Source: Microbotryum violaceum (Eukaryota). From it: a stretch of 64,000 nt of DNA. The translations under genes and the position numbers were made by a program. Shown piece after piece: positions 51,674 to 63,687 of the stretch. A model generated the notes under the pieces. The model saw nothing but the letters and a program-made list of their open reading frames with translations, was not told the DNA's origin and ran no database searches. The stretch is from NCBI GenBank assembly GCA_001244265.2, contig CDLV01000006.1, forward strand, positions 1,488,001 to 1,552,000, written 5' to 3'. Every line of letters starts with the position of its first letter. The first letter of the stretch is position 1.

Positions 51674-53089
51674 CTTGGTCCATAGCGTCTTTCACGTCCT
51701 TAGGAGGTGCTTCTTGGTCTTCGGCTTCTTCGTCGGCCTCGTCGTCGGTGTCGGCGTCATCGGGTCGGGCTTTGGGCGCGGCTGAGGGCAACGGCGTGGG
51801 CGAAGACGGCTCGGGGCTCGGCTCGGAGGCTTCGAGGGCAGGCGCAGTGGGAGGGGCTTCACGAGTGGCTGGCTTGGAGAGGGCGGCAATCGACTTGGAT
51901 CGAGTTATGATCGACTTTGGCGTGGCCGGAGGAGGGCTTGGGGATGGAGAGGTGGTCTCTGAGCTGGGGGACTCGGAGGATTTTCTAACGAGGGAGTAGG
52001 CAATTCCCTGATTGGAGGCAGGCTGGGGGGCAGGAGGAGTGGCAGTTTTGCAAGGGAAATTGAAGGAGAACTCGGGGCGGGCATTCTTCGACAGAGAATC
52101 GGGCTGAGCTCTGTTGGACAGATCTTCAGTCTGGGCAGCCAGATCCTGTTCCACTCGACGTTTTTTGGTCGTGCGGTCGTGGGCGGAGGCCGGGGAGATC
52201 GACTTGGACACGGCGGCGGGGCGGCGGTGGTAACGGTGGAGGCTTGCGGGGCACGTGACGTGGGGGGTCCCTGGGGGCTCGACGCATGACGGGCCGGGCA
52301 GTGCTGGGTGGCGTGCGAGGTGCTCGCGCAGGACTTGCACGCCGGGGCGACGGGGCAATCCTTACGGACGTGAGCCGCGGAACGGCAGAAGACGCAGTGG
52401 CGCATGCCACCGGTGATCCTCAGTGGGATTCGCTCAGTGACACCGTCACGAGCAATAGAAAGTGAGGCAGGGGGCAAAACATCTACATCCTTAAGGGAAA
52501 GGATAAATTCGTACACCCCAGAGATGTGTTTCGTCTTTCCAATGTATTGGATGCGACGACGGAGGACCGTGCCATAGGCAGCGATCTGCTCATCGAATAG
52601 GCAGAGGCCCTCGGGGTCGGAGAAAAAGCCCGTAAGGGTGCATTGTACAATACCTCCTCTAGTAGAGCTGTACAGCTTCTCGACTTTGCACAGAGTCTTG
52701 CCAACAGTGAGGCCGTTGGCCACCAGGGAGTCGAGATCGGCGGCCTTGGGAAAGCGGAGGCCGCGCTGACCCTTGATGACGCATGGCATTGCGCCGGTAA
52801 GGCCAGGGTAGTATTTGTCAAGCGCGAGGAGGACTTGCTCGAACGAGGTTGAGGGTGGGGTGTTGATGATGACACAATTCTCGATGTTGTGCATCAGTGG
52901 ATGGGCGGCGACGGCAGTCGAGGCGTTGGCGGTGGCGTTTCCGTGCTTCGCAGCGGAGCGGGCGCCGACCGGGGCGGAGTATGATTTGGTGGTGGTGGCG
53001 GGGGCTTGGCCGGGAGGATCGGGAGGGTCAGGGCGAAGAGGTGGTATAGCAGCATGGCTGGCGTTGTTGGTGTTGTTGTTGTTGTCCAT
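51657..53089 (-). pseudogene. LINE ORF1 (gag-like, two zinc knuckles), one frameshift near 52220
   Basis: MDNNNN..PDPPDPP..KSYSA start, knuckles CVFCRSAAHVRKDC and CKSCASTSHATQHC. The Pro/Ser-rich acidic C-terminus is in the adjacent frame and ends at 51657. Confidence 0.85.
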
Positions 53090-53334
53090 CCAATAGGAGT
53101 TTCCTTTTAAGTCGGCCAAATCACGGTGATTTTGAAATGATGAATGAGCGCACCGTGTTGAAAAAGAAATGCATACGCATGAAAAGGAAAGGGAAAATTG
53201 TATGCATCGGCAGAGAAAACTTGGCGCTCTCGGCGACGAGGGGGAAAGATTTTCGTCCAGCTCGACCTGGCCAGGAGCTCCTGTGCGCTGTTTCCTGTGA
53301 CTGAGCAGTTGCAGCAACACCTCCACCCAGCGTT

Positions 53335-53418
53335 TCCCGCCACGCGGGATCGAACCGCGGACCCTCGGATCTACCATTAAACCGTTACAGTCTGATGCTC
53401 TTCCAAAGCTATGGCGGG
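53335..53418 (-). tRNA. tRNA-Tyr(GUA)-like sequence with a 14-nt intron; probably degenerate
   Basis: Minus strand: CCCGCCA TAGCTTTGGAAGAGCA TCAGA CTGTAA [CGGTTTAATGGTAG] A TCCGA GGGTC CGCGG TTCGATC CCGCG TGGCGGG A. Perfect acceptor and T stems, intact B-box and canonical intron position. The D-arm is ~3 nt short and the anticodon stem has one mismatch. Confidence 0.85.
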
Positions 53419-53794
53419 AAAACAACGCTAGGCGCTGTTAAAGGGGGTAATTGGCTCGGTGCTATTGAGTGCGATGGCGCGATTAGGCGATTGGGCGAGA
53501 TTAGGCGCGCCGTCGGCGGAAGAGCACCTTGGCAGTGGTCACCGGTCACCCTGACACGCTTACCTAGTCCAACTCGGCACTCGGCACTCGGGCACTCGAG
53601 GATTCTCTTCATACCTTTCTCCCTCTGAGTCGGGTTGCGCCACCAGGAACAGGGGCCAATCCACTGGATCAACTCTGGCCGTTTTCCCTCGGTCTCTGAT
53701 CGACTCGACCTCAGCTCCGCCTCGAGAGCTCGGAAGTTCACCCGCCCGAAGTCGCAGCCGTGCACCCGTTCGGTCACGACCGCACGGCGCTGCC

Positions 53795-56700
53795 ATGGCT
53801 CCCTCCGTATCCAGCGCAGGCTCATCACCACCTCGTCTCCCCGATGTGGCTCTAGCCAGAAGGCGCTCCCAGTCGCGCACCTCGTCAGGCTCGTTCCGCT
53901 CCTCGCTGGGCGGCAAGCCGATCGGACCCAAGTACGGCGCCGCGAGCTCCTCCGCTCTCAGACGCTCCGACAGTAGCTCCACCTCGGCTAGCTCCGTGGC
54001 CGTACTCAGTACGAAACTTTCGTCGCTTGAATCGAGCCATGGGGGTGCTCCGAGCCCGTTGGCGAATACGAGTGCGATCTCGATCGGGGACTCCGCGCTT
54101 AAGTTCGGTAGCTTCTCGGCGACCCGGGAGGAATTGCGAGATGGTCAGTCCGGCAGATATCCTATTAGTCTTATTCCTGCGTTGTATCATTCGATACCAC
54201 GCGTATTCGTGTTGTGGGCGTGCGAATATTCCCCATCCCGCGGCCTTATCTGAACGCGCGATCGAACGAGTCTTATCGCCGTCGTTGATGCGCTCCAGGG
54301 TGTCTCTCCACCCCGCCCGCCCCAATCGCGGCTGACCCCTGTCCCTGCCTCACTTGCCCGTTAAATTTCGGACCTCGCATCTTCCCCACCCTCACTGCCA
54401 CAGGTTCAGCAAGATTGGCTTCTCTCTCTCTCAGTCAACCTTCTCCCAACCTCGCCACCGCCTCGGCACCTCAACCGAGCTTTCCCCTCGGATCACCGTC
54501 CCACTCCCCCTTCTCAGCACCTCAAGATCAGTCATACCTCGCCACCGCCGTCGAACCCATCAACGCCCCCGCTGGTCCAAGTCATTCCTCTTCCTCCCCA
54601 AACAACAACGGCCATCTCAAACCATCCCCTTCGAACCTCGCCCTCGCTCGTCCCTCGACGCTCTTCCAGTCCCAGTCAACCACTTCTTCCATCGGGGACG
54701 TCGGATCACCTTCTTCCCCCCTCGCCGTCTCAAGCGGCCTGAACGGCAGTCCCAATAGCGGTGGAACGGACGAAATCACCCCGACTCAGTCCAAAGTCGG
54801 TACACCATCCATGGGGCTCGGTCGATCCTTGACGTTGAGCGTGAGAGATGGTCCGAGTAGTGGCGAAGCGACCCCTCGGCCGTTGGGAACTTTGGGTGCC
54901 GAACAGGCCAAGTTGGACGCCAGCGCGGCCAAGCTGGCCAAGGCGAGACGTAAGGAAGAGAGGAAGCAACTCAAGTTGCAGATCTTGGGAGACGAAACGG
55001 GTGGCACCGACAGTGGGGAAAGTGAAGTTGACAACAATGCTTTGGACGCCGACGGTGAGCGATCGTCCGGATCCGACGAGTCGCCTGACCACAGTCGGCC
55101 AGGGACGGTGAATGGCTTCGCAGCGAACGAACAAACACCTCTTTTGGGACGAGGGCGAAGACCTTCTCATACGGCGAGCAAACCGCATTCCATCAAAACC
55201 GACGGCGGTATTCTCGCCACTGTCTTGTCAGCTTTGGCTCACCGAGCGCACTCGGCTATCCAGAGGGTCCGATCCGTCAAAGTCACCCAGGATGACCTCA
55301 AGCAAGGAGCTCGAGACTCCGTCACTGCACTACCAGCCGTCATACTTGGTGTTCTGATGAATATACTCGATGGCGTTTCGTACGGATTGATCATGTTCCC
55401 GACGAACCTCCCCCGCTTCGCCGATTTCGGCGGTATCGGTGTCAGCATGTTCTTCGTGTCGTGTGTCATCAGTCAGCTCGTTTACAGTTCGGGTGGATCG
55501 ATCTTCAAGGGTGGTAATGGCTCGATGATGATCGAGGTCGTGGTGAGTGCACGCATTCACTCCATGTCTGAACTACGAGTGTCGAGAGCTCATTGGGTTG
55601 ACGTGTACTCAAACGCAGCCGTTCTTCCATTCGATCGTCGGCATCATCTACAAACATCTCTCCGACGACAAGGACGTCGTAGCGACGACGATGGTCGCTT
55701 TTGCGTTGTCGTCCATCTTGACGGGATTCGCGTTTGCGATGCTCGGTTTCCTCAGACTGGGGAGGTTGAGCGAGTTCTTCCCGCGCCATATCCTCGTGGG
55801 ATGCATCGGGGGTGTCGGAGCCTTTTTGTTCATTACGGGGTGAGTGTGAATCTGATTACGTTTGGTATGAGATGAGGTTGTGGCGACTAAATTTGCACCT
55901 GTCAAACTCCTAGACTGCAAGTGTCTGCTCGATTGGAGGATAGCAAGGGCTTGTCTCTCGAGCTGATCCAACAGTACCTCGACCTCGAGATCCTGCCACT
56001 CTGGGTAAGTAAACTCTTTTCCGTTTCCTTGATGGCCTTAAGGCTAAGACAGCGCTTGTTGCCCTTTTTAGGTCATTCCCCTAGTCCTAGCCGTTGTCTT
56101 GCGCCTCATCACAGCGCGATATCAACATCCTCTCATCTTTCCCGGTTACTTCCTCGCGATCCCCTTGGTGTTCTACATCATTTCACTGTCGGCAAGGATA
56201 CCGATCGCCAACTTGAGGGAGAATGGATGGGTTTTTGAGCTCAATGGCGTGGATAGCGAGTGGTACGAGTTTTGGACACTGTTTGGTGAGTCGATCTCGG
56301 ACACGACTTTTGAAGAGGGATGATCAGGGCCTGATGGGAATTCGTCGAGATCTGCTTTGCAGACTTCCAAAAGACAGATTGGTCCGCCCTGATCGAAACG
56401 ATTCCGACGCAGCTTGCCCTCGTCTTCTTCGGCCTATTGCACGTACCCATCAACGTCCCTGCTCTCGGCATCTCGGTCGGCGAGGACAACGTTGACACTG
56501 ATCGCGAGCTCGTCGCCCACGGTATTAGTAACGTCATGGCGGGTTTGTTTGGTACTGTCCCAAACTATCTTTGCTACGTCAATTCGGTGCTTTTTTACAA
56601 GGTCGGTGGAACGACTCGAATCTCGGGCTTCTTGTTGGCTGGAGGCTCGACCGGTGTCCTCCTCGCTGGTCCCGGGGTGATTGGCTACCTACCCGTATGC

Positions 56701-58339
56701 GTTGTCGGTGCGCTCATCTTTATCCTCGGGATCGATCTCGTTAAGGAAGCCGTCTGGGATACGTATGGTCGCGTTTCTCGCCTTGAGTATCTGACCATCT
56801 GGGTCATCGTCTTCGTCATGACCGTATGGGACTTTGTCGCCGGGATCGGAGCGGGTATCATCCTCGCCAGTGTATCCTTCGTGGTTTCCTCCTCCCAAAG
56901 ACGAGCAATCAGGACTATCCTGACCGGTGCCGTCGCTCGATCGACTGTACGTCGTCACCCCAAGCAATCGGCCTTTCTCAAGGACGTAGGTCGACAAACG
57001 CGCGTCATCAAACTGCAAGGATTCCTCTTCTTCGGCACCATCTCGTCCTGCGAGACAACGATCCGCAAGATCCTCGAAGCTGCAGAATGGTCCAAGAACC
57101 CAATCCGGTTCCTCGTCTTGGACTTTTCCATGGCTTCCGGAGTGGATTTCTCAGCGGCCGAAGCGTTCGTCCGCATTCAACGACTGCTCGATGATAAGGA
57201 TGTGTTGTTGGTGTTGTGCGGATGTGCGTCGGACTCGTCAGTCGGGATTGCGTTGAGAAGTGTCGACCTATGGGTCGAAGGACCCGAGTCCAAAGTCGAG
57301 GTCTTTGAGAACCTCAACGACGCACTTGAGGTTAGTCAACCAGGTCATCTGAAGTTCAGATGTTGCGCAAAAGCTGACTTGCAGTGAACGACTGGCGGGC
57401 AGTTCTGCGAGAACGCCTATCTGCGCAGTCTCTATTCGAAGAATTTTGAACAACCTCATCGAACGAACTCGTCCGGTGGACCGCCGGTGCTCACTTCGCA
57501 AATCGATATGCCCAAGTCTGAACTCGATAGTGCGATCGAGGAATTTGGGAAATCCCCACGCGCGTCTCATCTCCGATACGCAGCCAAGGAAGCAATGGCG
57601 AAATGTGAGTCGACGAGCGCTCCTCAATTCCTAGGCTACGCAAGCTAAAGTTCCCCATGATGATTCATGCTCACAGCCGACGCTCCAGCTCCTCGAAGCA
57701 ATCTCAAACAACCCCTTCCCTTGCTGATGCAATCCCTCAAACCCTTCGCCGCGGACCTCAACGAAGACTACTGCTTCCGTCTCGTACCTTACTTCAAGCG
57801 CATCCACGTCGAAAGAGGAACGGTCCTCTGGGAACAAGACTCTGAAAGCGATAGTTTCTACCTCATTGAATCGGGGATCTTAAGGGCGAATTACGTTTTC
57901 GTGGATCGGGCCCATGCGATCGTCGAGTCGATGGTAGCTGGAACGGTAGCGGGAGAGATGAGTTTCTTGTCGAGGAGTAGGAGGAATGCCAGTCAGTAGT
58001 ATTTACACTCGGATCGTCACTCACGCAAGCTTAGTGAAGCGAAGCGAAGCTAATGTAGTAATCCTTCCTCGCCTTCGCAGCCGTGACCGCCGAACGCGAT
58101 TCCGTCCTCTGGAAACTCGACATCACGCACCACGAGAAGATGGGCCAAGAGCAAGGGTGGGCGTTCACGAGGAAACTCGAGGCCTGTTTGTTGAGAATCG
58201 CGTTGGAGGAACAGGACGTGCTCATGGTTAGTCATTAGTCATATTTTTTGGCGCGGGGGATTGAGTGGGGATGGCTGAGGAGTGGCGCTGACTGCGCTTT
58301 CTTTTTCAATTGTAGGGGCATCTGATCAGTTCGTTGTAA
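53795..58339 (+). CDS. VSB1: SulP/SLC26-family transporter with STAS and cNMP-binding domains (Vsb1/YGR125W-like), multi-exon
   Basis: [79 protein letters not shown] ([21 protein letters not shown]) and cNMP ([18 protein letters not shown]). The first exon is inferred. Confidence 0.88.
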
Positions 58340-58593
58340 AGATGGAGTGAGGAGGATTGTATGCTGAGCGGAGGTGGTGTGATTCTCAAATGCACAGAAC
58401 GAGCAAGTAGAAAAAAGTGTCCTCTGCAAATGAAGTCTGTCTGTTATCAGTGCCAAAACCAGCCCGGCATCGAACGATGGGGAGAGGAGTGGTCCCAAAT
58501 GATGGAGTAACGTTTCACTTCATGATATTGACATCAAATACAATCAAACTCGGAAGAAATACCGAAGCGAACGCCTGCTGAACGAACGAAATT

Positions 58594-60470
58594 TCACAAC
58601 TGCGCCGTCTCCTCCTTCCACAACTCCGCGAACGCCTCAAGATCGGCATCCGTCGCGACGCTCAACACTTCGGTCCGACTCGGTTGGTCCGAATGCTTCT
58701 CCCTTAAGGTCGCATCCCTCCTCGCCAAATTCGCCAACGCTTTCCCCGGACCTAGAAACACCAATCGATCGATATGATCTTGAGCGAGGTTGCGCAGGCA
58801 TTTACTCCATCGTACGGGGAGGGATATTTGAGCGACGAGGTTTGAAACGAGCGAATGGGTGGTGTTGATCATCGTTCCGTCCAAATTGGAAACGAGGGGG
58901 ATCAAAGGGTTGTTCAAGTGGGTCGCTTCGAGCGCGACTCGCATCCCTCCGGCCGCGGGCTCAAGGAAGGAGCAATGGAATGGTGCGGAGACGGGTAGAT
59001 CGGCGGCTCGGGAAGCGATCCCTTGTTCGCGCAAGAACTCGGACGCTCGCATGATCCCTTCTCGTGAACCCGAGAGTACGATCTGCGCCGACGAGTTGAA
59101 CGAAGCGACTTCGACCGTTCCTGCGCAACCTCGATCGTGTTGCGGTCCGACGTTGTCCTCGGCGCGTATTTTGCGTACGACTTGGACGACCTCGTCGTGC
59201 GAGTGACCCGGGTTGAGTACGACGGCCGACATTTGCGGAATACGAGCCGCAGGTGTGTCGAATGAGGTTGACAGATTGATTGAGGGCAATGAGAGAGCAT
59301 GGGTCGTGAGCATGCCGTGGAGGCGCTGTGAGGTGGATAAAAGAGCCAACAAAGTCAGACACGACTGCAACCTTTCGCATGGTTCGACATCCAACTCACA
59401 ATCAACTTGACCGCATCGGCAAAGTCGATCGCCCCACTGGCGACCGCGGCCGAATATTCGCCCGAAGAATGCCCCAGAATCGCCGAAGCGTTCTTGGCCA
59501 CGTCCAAGCCAAAGTTTTGTTCGAGCGTGCGCGTGAAGGCGATCGAAGTGACGAGAATCGCCGGTTGCGCGTTCGCGGCACGGGTCAACTCCTCTTGGCT
59601 GCCGTCGAAGACGACCGAATGCAGCGACGGTTCGTGGCTGCGTTGTTCCTCTGTTCGATCGAGTATCCTCCCCAATTCGCCGATCTCGCCCTCGTACTGA
59701 TCGAGCTTGAGCGACCTCCTCCACGATTCGAAAGCGGACAAAGACTCTTCGGCCTCTTTCCAGACTTGCTGCGCGGCGGTGTAGTTCTTGAGGAAACTGG
59801 CCATCAAAGGGTATTGACTGCCACTGCCGGGGTAGAGGAGGGCGTAGTTGGGTCGTTTGGACTGGCCATGGGCATGGTGGCTCTCGGTTGGGATCGGTGG
59901 CGAGGCCTCGCCGCCGGACCAGGCGCGCTCCATCTCGAGCCGTTGATGCCTCGGTGAATTGTCGCGTGTGGGCCGTCGTCGGTGAGACCCGTTCAGCCCA
60001 GTCGAACAGACCGAGCTCGGTCGGGGTAATGGGGGCGACAAGTTGCGAGAAGGAGTCGAGTACGAGAAGGGAGAAAAACCGGAAGCAGAAGTCGAGGTCG
60101 AGGCGGGAGCGGTCGACGACAGCACGGAGGAGGTCGTCAACCTTCGTCGGCCCGAAGCGGGGGAGGACGGTTCGGCGACGTAGGCGGGGCGCACGAGGGG
60201 ACGGTCATGGTTCTTGGGGTCCCTATAGCGAGCGACGTAGCTTGGTTCGGACCAGATGGGGTCTTCTTTGCTCGTCGAAGGTGTCGGGCTCGAGAGGTGG
60301 AAGCTCGGTTGCGGCGGGCAGGCCGGCGCGGCGGCATAGCACGAGCCGGACGGCAGCGTAGAGGCGGGCGAGAGATGAGCATGCCGGACCGCGGCGACCG
60401 AGGAAGAAGCCGTCGATGGCGCGTGACAGTTGGTCGAAGTCACCAATCGAGCTGTCGATCGGGGAAGCAT
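58594..60470 (-). CDS. MCT1: Mitochondrial malonyl-CoA:ACP transacylase-like protein (FabD/Mct1), two exons
   Basis: LYPGSGSQY, ELTRAANAQPAI, nucleophile motif GHSSGEYSAAVASG, NSSAQIVLSG, LPVSAPFH, QISLPVRW and LGPGKALANL. One intron at ~59326-59399. Confidence 0.88.
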
Positions 60471-63020
60471 GTTGAAGGATTCAGTCTGCTTGCGAGTCTG
60501 CTCATAAACAGATATAAGGATGGTAGGTGACGCGAGGTCAGCTCGAGAGGATCGAGGATCGAAACTTAGTGTGGTGCTCTCAAGATCTCAAGTCTGATGC
60601 GGGTGCCCGCCCGGGATGCGCGCCCGTCCGTCCGCCAGCCCAGCCAACCGGGCCTGATCGCCTTTCGGCGCTGTGAGGGAGGACGTCAGCTGAGCTCCGG
60701 GCATCCGACTCGACGCGGTCGGATCGAGAGCGATTCAAGGCGACACTGAGCCATGCAGACAGCAGCTGTAGGACATCGGCATCCCACTCTGGTAGGGCAC
60801 ATATCTTTCCTTGGTTGCCGTAGTGAGGTATACCTCGGGTACGGTTGTACGTGGTCGTAGCGTCGGGCCTCGGCGCACAAGAGTGGGCGCTCCGGTCGTC
60901 CAGGGTCGTGCCACACCGACGCTTCAACTTGCAGCTCCTACAAGGATTCGATAGCTCCAACTCACCAGTCGGCGTCTACTTGCTCGTTGAGAAGATGCAG
61001 CGCCAACTGAGGTCGATCGGGAACTCGACTCGAGCTTGAAGGATGGACGGTGATGCGCATAAGCTCAAGCTTGCTCAGGGTGCGGGTTGCTCCGGCATCT
61101 ACTGCCGCCCGCCAGTCTGTACAACACACCCGGCTCGACCGGCGGGCTTGAGCGGGTTTGCACCAAGTTACACCCGTCCAATGCCCTTGAAGTTGCGAGG
61201 TCTCGGAGCCAGCTCTTCTATATTTGGGATGTCCTCTCACAGAACGCGTTGGAGTCATAAACAATATTTTGAGACTCCTGTGGTCGTGACAAACTTTTTG
61301 CATGCCCTGCTGTCCTCATCTTTCCCACTAATGGGCCTCGGCCATCGGTCGAACGGCTGTGTGGAGCTCCGCCCTCCGAGTCGAATCGCGTAGGGGTCCC
61401 GAGTGTTGGGTGCTTTGGTCTGGTCAAAAGCAGAGAGCTAGTGGAAGACGTCCCCTAAAACACATTGCTATAGGTGGCAGGCTCCCTCAGCAGGTCTTGC
61501 GAGCACCGAGAAAGATGTACCGGCCCTCCGAGTGAGAACGACTCACGTGCAAGCAGGTGCACGTCGCCGGCTTCCACTTCAAATCGCGAAAGAAAAGCCG
61601 ACTGAGAAAAAGGGATGAAACATTTTTTTTACACCAGGCAAGCACAAAACAAAAAGCTACGACACAACATGAACATTTAGAACACGCTCTTTCATCACCT
61701 CACAACTGCCGTCTTCCACTTCATTGGAACCGGGCCGACGATCCCGATGTCTCCGACTTTGCCCGCGCGCAAGAACCCCCTTTAGTCCGCCTCGTTCTCC
61801 GATCTGCAAATGAAGCGAAACCGTGCGATGCATCGTGTTCGGGTCGCTCGTCCTCGTCAAGCGACGGTTGCATTGCTGAGGTTGATCATGGCGCCTCAAT
61901 CTGGTCGACTCGTACTTGTGGTCGCTATCAGGCTTCAAAGCAGCACTGATTCGGACGGCCATACCACGATCGAGCGTGAAAGCGGACGGGCGGGACGTAG
62001 CCGCCATAGGAGTCAAAGTCGAAGGGCCAGCCACCTTGACCTTGAGATGCTCGGTCCCGCCCATGGCAATCACATCAGCAAGAGCTTATATATCCGCCAT
62101 TGCGGAGTGTAAAGATGAGCACCAGAGGGGCGCTAGAGCAAGGACTGATCTGACTTAGAGTAAGGAGCTCCGGGAGGGACAATCCTTCTTAGAGAACGGC
62201 GACTTACTGGGCGCTTCCGAACGTATACGCTGACTACGTGCGTGGGATCCGGAATGATCCTTGCCTAATTGCAGCAGACCACCCCATTCCGAGCCCATTC
62301 CCACTAATAGCAATAGCGTTGCCCCAAAGCCGTCCGGATGGCGGCGCACAGGCACGGCATGGCACCCGGCACCCTGTTGAATGCCTTGCCCAGAGAGGAA
62401 CCTTCATTCCTCAGCATGATCCTTTTAATCAAGTCTAGGATTCTCTTCGACTTCGGGAGACGAGTCGCCGGAAACCACGACGAGGGGACGTCTGGTAGGT
62501 GCCATGACGGTGGTGGGTCTTGACTTCGAAGTTCATCGGATGGGGTCCGAGGTGCGACTCAGCTGAGATCAGTGGTGTTATGAATGGCAGGTTGGGGTAT
62601 CTGCACGCGATATAGGTCGTTTAAGTCCAAGAGTTGACCGAGACGGACTGTGTCGACGATGATGAAAGAAGTGAGCGTGTGAGAAGAGCAACCTGAATTT
62701 GACATTGCACCTCGACGAGCGTCTGGACGTCAGGGCGTGCACCCCCACACACTCGGCCGGGAGTCCGGGACACGCGTAGTATAATGGCATCCCGGACTGG
62801 TTCTTTATTTTATTTCACCATTAAAATCTACAGACATAACCATCATAACTTTTCTGCCCTCGACGCACGAGCATTTCGGAGCTCCAGACTATCAAATGAC
62901 GCACACGGTCGGACCCCCTGACCCTGCCACTGCCTGCCAGCACTCACGCGCTCACGCGCTCGTTCAGCCAGCGTGTCACTGTCGCCCCCGTCTCCACGCC
63001 TCATCGCCAACCGCACCACC

Positions 63021-63567
63021 ATGTCCCTCCGCCGCGCCCCAATGGGCGTCATTCCACAATCGCCTGACGAGCAAAGAGCTCAAGCTGCGCGGGAATCACT
63101 CGATAGTCAGTACTACACTCGCTTCCTCTTGTTAACGCGACGCGTCGAACGCGGAGAGGCATTCCCATCCTTTCTTTGCGAAGCTGACACGGCGTGTAAC
63201 TTGTTCATTTCCTTGACGTCGTACAGTCCTCTTGGAGATGAGCACATTACTCAACACAGGTGAGACGATATGCTGTTACAATGCCCCATGCCGCTCATTC
63301 CTGAGCTAACGACCCCATCCACGTTCAATGACTCAGGCCTCGACCGAACCCAACTGGCCCTCTGCATCAAGATGTTAGAAGACGGTGTCAATCCCGACGC
63401 TTTGGCCGTGAGTACATCCACCCATGTGTCAAGATGCTCCGGCCTGGCCTGTTTCAGAATCTTCATGTTTCGTCGCATTGGTCAACTCGCAGGCCGTCAT
63501 TAGGGATCTGCGGGCCGAAGCGACGGGCAAGACGATCGGGTCGACGGGGTCGTTGGGTACACGCTGA
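63021..63567 (+). CDS. MZT1: Mitotic-spindle organizing protein Mzt1/MOZART1, four exons
   Basis: Spliced ..AARESLDI|LLEMSTLLNTG|LDRTQLALCIKMLEDGVNPDALA|AVIRDLRAE..*, the conserved Mzt1 core. Confidence 0.93.
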
Positions 63568-63687
63568 TACGAATTGCGTTGCAGTCATGGGAGGGGTTTA
63601 CGGATTTGCATTACTGCTGTTGTTGTGTTATTACGATATTGAGAAAGGAGCTGGTACAACAAGGTGGAAACCAGCGAGAAAAGGAGC

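Larger units (their letters stand above)
48389..53334 (-). mobile_element. L1-clade (L1/Tx1-like) non-LTR retrotransposon, degenerate
   Basis: ORF1 with two CCHC knuckles; ORF2 with APE endonuclease, RT and a C-terminal CCHC finger; (AAAT)n 3' tail at 48389-48404. Frameshifts and an internal RT deletion. No convincing TSD was found, so the 5' boundary is uncertain and may include the tRNA-like head. Confidence 0.92.

Noticed and set aside
53090-53425. N-terminal extension of the 506-aa ORF (51905-53425) through the tRNA
   Set aside because: It starts at a non-ATG codon and simply reads through the tRNA-like and UTR sequence; the likely ORF1 start is 53089.
48380-53450. Target-site duplication for the LINE (aaggg near 48384 and 53441)
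   Set aside because: Only 5 nt and low in complexity, so not convincing.
5811-60470. Many long antisense or overlapping ORFs in the six-frame track
   Set aside because: Shadow ORFs of GC-rich coding sequence, with no recognisable domains.
61446-62493. 11-bp inverted match agacgtcccct/aggggacgtct as TIRs or an RNase P/MRP motif
   Set aside because: Short, no TSD, and the partner P4 motif was not found.
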